Source: Candidatus Zixiibacteriota bacterium | GTDB lineage: Bacteria; Zixibacteria; MSB-5A5; GN15; FEB-12 | Reading direction: 5' to 3' | Assembly (NCBI GenBank): GCA_041742355.1 | Contig: JBGSIV010000113.1 | Coordinates: 1-10,534 of the forward strand | DNA length: 10,534 nt | Part shown: positions 7,899-10,534 of the stretch, in pieces | How the letters are laid out: each line of letters begins with the position of its first letter | Numbering within the stretch: the stretch's first letter is position 1 | Program-made: the position numbers and the translations under genes | Notes under the pieces: model-generated | What the model was told of the DNA's origin: nothing | The model's database searches: none | Seen by the model: the letters and a program-made list of their open reading frames with translations, nothing else

Positions 7899-8033
7899 AG
7901 CAAAGGCCCGTAAAAAAAAGCTCGAATAAGTCCTCGATCGATTAAACAACTCTGTACAGGGAGGTTGGCGCATTGCCTGCAGCGGGATCTGCAGAGCGAA
8001 CAGCGGCACTACAGCTTCCCCACCTGTACTGCA

Positions 8034-8897
8034 CTACCGCCCACCATTACTTCGCCCGCTCCCTCCACGTCCGTTTCCACCAAGGCCACTTGGGGTTCGG
8101 CCTGCCTCCCGTCTCTCAGGTTGGGCCTGTCGAAAAACAGAGGACCCTTTCGATCCCGAGACAGATGGCCCCAGGTACTCACTGAGGGTAATCAGTCCGA
8201 TCAGAGTGACGCCCAGCACCATCAACGGAAGTGAATGCGCCCGCCGAACCTTGCCATCGTCGCCTGCTGACGGCGGCAATAGGTAGACCGACCAAAGTAG
8301 AAACAATGCGCACGCAACGTCGACAACTTGCCAACTCTCACGCGTAATAGGTGGCGAAACAGCAGGATTGAAGAAAAGGGCCACAAGAAAGAACACCCAC
8401 GCTAACCCAACGTGGTTCCTTGCATAGGCAACATACGCGGTATAGCCCGCAACTCCAAATGCTGTCCACCGAAGAATTAGGTAGTAGTCCCGCTCCATTC
8501 TGCCTAAGGCACCAACCACTAGCAACACTGCAAGCGCAATTCGGGGGAGGGCTGCCACGATGGCCGGGATCATCCGTTTCATGCGCGCTCCATTGCGACT
8601 ATTCGGGCCGGTAGATTGCGGTTTCCCTTTCTCACTCGTCACTTCAGCCGCCTTGGGGTTGTGTCCCATCCGGTCAAGTTGCTTGCCGACCGCTTTGCCC
8701 GCCGCTTTCATATTTCGCCCAAGTTCCTCGAATGCACCAGCGGTCCCGAAGCAACCGAGGTCAACAGCTCCGTCGTGTCTTTCTTGTCCGTTGCCGACAC
8801 TCTCGCGACTGCACCGAAGCGATTGCTCTCTCTTCGATTGAGACTCGATACCGGCCCTATTTTCGTCGGAATCGCTGCTCACGCGGTGTGGAACCAT
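8034..8897 (-). CDS. Membrane protein with a DUF6804-like domain; alternative start at 8582
   Basis: Core MERDYYLILRW...AWVFFLVALFFNPAVSPPITRESWQVVDV resembles DUF6804 (YY..LR / FNP / R..W...D). ATG 8897 has a GGAGGT SD, and ATG 8582 has GGAG. Confidence 0.7.
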   Translation of the reverse strand: MVPHRVSSDSDENRAGIESQSKREQSLRCSRESVGNGQERHDGAVDLGCFGTAGAFEELGRNMKAAGKAVGKQLDRMGHNPKAAEVTSEKGKPQSTGPNSRNGARMKRMIPAIVAALPRIALAVLLVVGALGRMERDYYLILRWTAFGVAGYTAYVAYARNHVGLAWVFFLVALFFNPAVSPPITRESWQVVDVACALFLLWSVYLLPPSAGDDGKVRRAHSLPLMVLGVTLIGLITLSEYLGPSVSGSKGSSVFRQAQPERREAGRTPSGLGGNGRGGSGRSNGGR

Positions 8898-8925
8898 GGA
8901 TGACCTCCCTCACACATACTCCCGT

Positions 8926-8953
8926 AAGTTAGAAGACTCATCGCCTAAGTCAA
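8926..8953 (-). promoter_or_regulatory. Possible sigma70 promoter for the minus-strand cassette
   Basis: Minus strand TTGACT-N16-TAACTT upstream of the SD and ATG at 8897. Confidence 0.4.
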
Positions 8954-9125
8954 TCAGATTTCATCACGCTCCGATAGTCCTTGTTACTCAGACCCCCTTC
9001 ATTTCCTCCTTCCGACAAGTCCAATTCGCCCCCCTTTTCCGTCCAAAATCATCCACAAACTGATGGAGATTGCCCCGACCCCCCGGTAAGTGTAGGACCT
9101 TACTCTAACCGGAAAGGAGATCCCC

Positions 9126-9884
9126 ATGTGCACCGACGCCCAACGTCTTGCCAACCAACAGAATGCGCGCCGCTCCACCGGCCCCCGCACCGAGGTCGGC
9201 AAAGCCCGCTCCCGGCTCAACGCCCTTAAGCACGGACTCTGCGCCGAGACCCTCATCCTCGACTCCAAGGGCCACCACGAGTCCCGCGAGGAGTTCGATG
9301 ACCTCCTCGCCGTCCTCAACCACAACCTTGCCCCCGAGAGCCCCGATGAACGCCTCGTGGTCGAGGAGATCGCCGAATGCTACTGGCGTCTGCTGCGCAC
9401 CCTGCGCACCGTCGCCGACCTCCACGACCAGGCTTTCCGACTCTCCGCCCAGGCTTTCACCCAGCCCAGTGCCCAGCCCTGCGAAACCAATGAATTCGCC
9501 CGAACGAACCCAATTGACGAGCACCCCTTCGCCCCCTCCGGCATCCCCAATCCATGTGAGACAGAGGGAACAGGGGAGACAGAGGGAACAAGGAAGGCAG
9601 GGAAGAGCCTCTCATCCGCGCCTGACGGAGATCCCGACCTCGCTGCGCTCATTCGGTCGGGTGACACCCTCTCATCCGCGCCCGCCGGAAATCCCCCTTC
9701 GACACCACTGGAAATGCACAGAACGAACCCGATGCTCGGCCTCCTGGTGTTCCGCTATGGTTCCATCCACGACCGCGCACTCAACCGCGCCCTCGAGATC
9801 TTCTCCCGGCTGCAGTCTGCCCGCCGCCCCGAGAACCCCGGCACGGCAACCACCTTGGAGCTGCACCAACGAACCCAATCGTAG
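9126..9884 (+). CDS. Hypothetical protein with an N-terminal ANxxNAxxSTGPRTxxGKxxSxxNALKHGL motif
   Basis: Strong SD GAAAGGAG; host-like C-ending codons; recognisable N-terminal motif followed by a helical region (EERL-like ...EEIAECYWRLLR); low-complexity insert in the middle; RYGSIHDRALNRALE near the C-terminus. Confidence 0.85.
   Translation: MCTDAQRLANQQNARRSTGPRTEVGKARSRLNALKHGLCAETLILDSKGHHESREEFDDLLAVLNHNLAPESPDERLVVEEIAECYWRLLRTLRTVADLHDQAFRLSAQAFTQPSAQPCETNEFARTNPIDEHPFAPSGIPNPCETEGTGETEGTRKAGKSLSSAPDGDPDLAALIRSGDTLSSAPAGNPPSTPLEMHRTNPMLGLLVFRYGSIHDRALNRALEIFSRLQSARRPENPGTATTLELHQRTQS
9630..9666 (-). repeat. TGTCA-tagged palindrome inside the 9126-9884 CDS
   Basis: Minus strand TGTCA-CCCGACC-GAATGAGCGCAGCGA-GGTCGGG-ATC, flanked by the direct repeat CCTCTCATCCGCGCC (9608-9622 and 9668-9682). 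Confidence 0.65.
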
Positions 9885-9987
9885 GTCGGGTTCCGAGGCG
9901 CTCCGCGCCGAGAAACCCGACATGACGCACATCGCGAAAATGCGCAAACGAACCCAACCCGTAGGTCAGGCTCCTTGGAGCCTGACA
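9881..9987 (+). repeat. Two GTAG-tagged REP-like palindromes
   Basis: GTAG-GTCGGGTT...AACCCGAC-A (9881-9922) and GTAG-GTCAGGCTCC-TT-GGAGCCTGAC-A (9961-9987). Confidence 0.75.
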
Positions 9988-10062
9988 AAGACAAACGACA
10001 GAATGAAAGAACGACAACGTGAAGACCGCGAAAACGCGCAAACGAACCCAATTCCCCCTGGC

Positions 10063-10122
10063 CGTCATGCTGAGCGGAGTCGAAGCATGGCGCACGAGAA
10101 CCATGAGCGGAGTCGAAGCATG
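10063..10122 (+). repeat. CGTCA-tagged repeat plus a partial duplicate
   Basis: CGTCATGCTGAGCGGAGTCGAAGCATG (10063-10089), with TGAGCGGAGTCGAAGCATG repeated at 10104-10122. Confidence 0.75.
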
Positions 10123-10296
10123 ATGGAATCCCCCTTCTTCGTTCCGCAGGGTCTTGCGCGACCCCGAGCGCAGCGAGGGGGAGCGTGTGACCCTGCGGCA
10201 ACCAACCAAACCCACTCCACACGCGGACCGTCGCGGCCAATGTGTGCGCTGCGGATATGTTGTGCGCGGCAGATGTCCACATCTGCCGCGGACCGC

Positions 10297-10332
10297 AAAA
10301 AGAAAGGCACGGCCCTCTCGAGCCATGCCTTT
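10297..10332 (-). terminator. Intrinsic terminator for the minus-strand gene entering from the right
   Basis: Minus strand AAAGGCATGGC-TCGAGAGG-GCCGTGCCTTT-CTTTTT, 21 bp after the stop at 10354. Confidence 0.75.
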
Positions 10333-10353
10333 CACAAACCAATCGTCACTCGG

Positions 10354-10533
10354 TCAGGGAACCGCGACAACCGCCGCCGAGGTCCCGTTGAGACCGCTCA
10401 ACGCAGAACCCGACATCGGGCCGAAACCTCCGGAACCTCCCGTCCCCGCGAGGCCGATCGTGAACACGTTGCCGCCGCCGTTGACATAGGCGCTTCCTGG
10501 GCCAATCGCGATCCCGACCGACCAGCCGCCGTG
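10354..10533 (-). CDS. C-terminus of a glycine-rich (probably surface or secreted) protein; starts beyond the right edge
   Basis: Not in the ORF track. Manual translation HGGWSVGIAIGPGSAYVNGGGNVFTIGLAGTGGSGGFGPMSGSALSGLNGTSAAVVAVP*, followed by a terminator. Confidence 0.7.
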   Translation of the reverse strand, partial: HGGWSVGIAIGPGSAYVNGGGNVFTIGLAGTGGSGGFGPMSGSALSGLNGTSAAVVAVP

Positions 10534-10534
10534 G

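Larger units (their letters stand above)
9503..10052 (+). repeat. Five dispersed copies of AACGAACCC(A/G)A(T/C)
   Basis: Copies at 9503-9514, 9722-9733, 9868-9879, 9947-9958 and 10041-10052. The last two share GCGAAAA(T/C)GCGCAAACGAACCCAA. Confidence 0.85.

Noticed and set aside
9503..10052. AACGAACCC array as CRISPR
   Set aside because: The repeat core is short, spacing is irregular (79-219 bp), part of it is coding, and no cas genes are present.
9755..10489. ORFs 9755-10342, 9781-10335, 10065-10310 and 10154-10489
   Set aside because: They translate palindromic repeats or are antisense to real genes, with no coding signature.

Overview
GC-rich bacterial chromosomal window. Left part: an ECF sigma factor with its zinc-binding (HxxxCxxC) anti-sigma partner, which runs off the left edge; a divergent 14-TMS DHA2-type MFS transporter; tRNA-Ala(GGC) with a near-consensus sigma70 promoter and terminator; and a GT-C (ArnT/PMT-like) membrane glycosyltransferase with C-terminal TPRs. 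Middle: a stand-alone ~94-aa GIY-YIG nuclease gene bracketed by copies of a TGTCA/CGTCA-tagged palindrome, including a 38-bp identical direct repeat on each side. It is followed by a lower-GC minus-strand cassette: DUF6804-like membrane protein, TcmP-like methyltransferase-fold protein and Gp37/Gp68 (DUF5131) three-Cys radical-SAM-like protein. Right part: a hypothetical 'ANQQNARRSTGPRTEVGK...NALKHGL' protein whose 3' half and downstream region carry five copies of a DNA motif (AACGAACCC-core) interleaved with different REP-like hairpins, then the C-terminus of a glycine-rich protein with its terminator. The best candidates for new biology are the GIY-YIG/palindrome module and the AACGAACCC motif-plus-hairpin array. 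Family names come from recalled motifs; no database searches were run.
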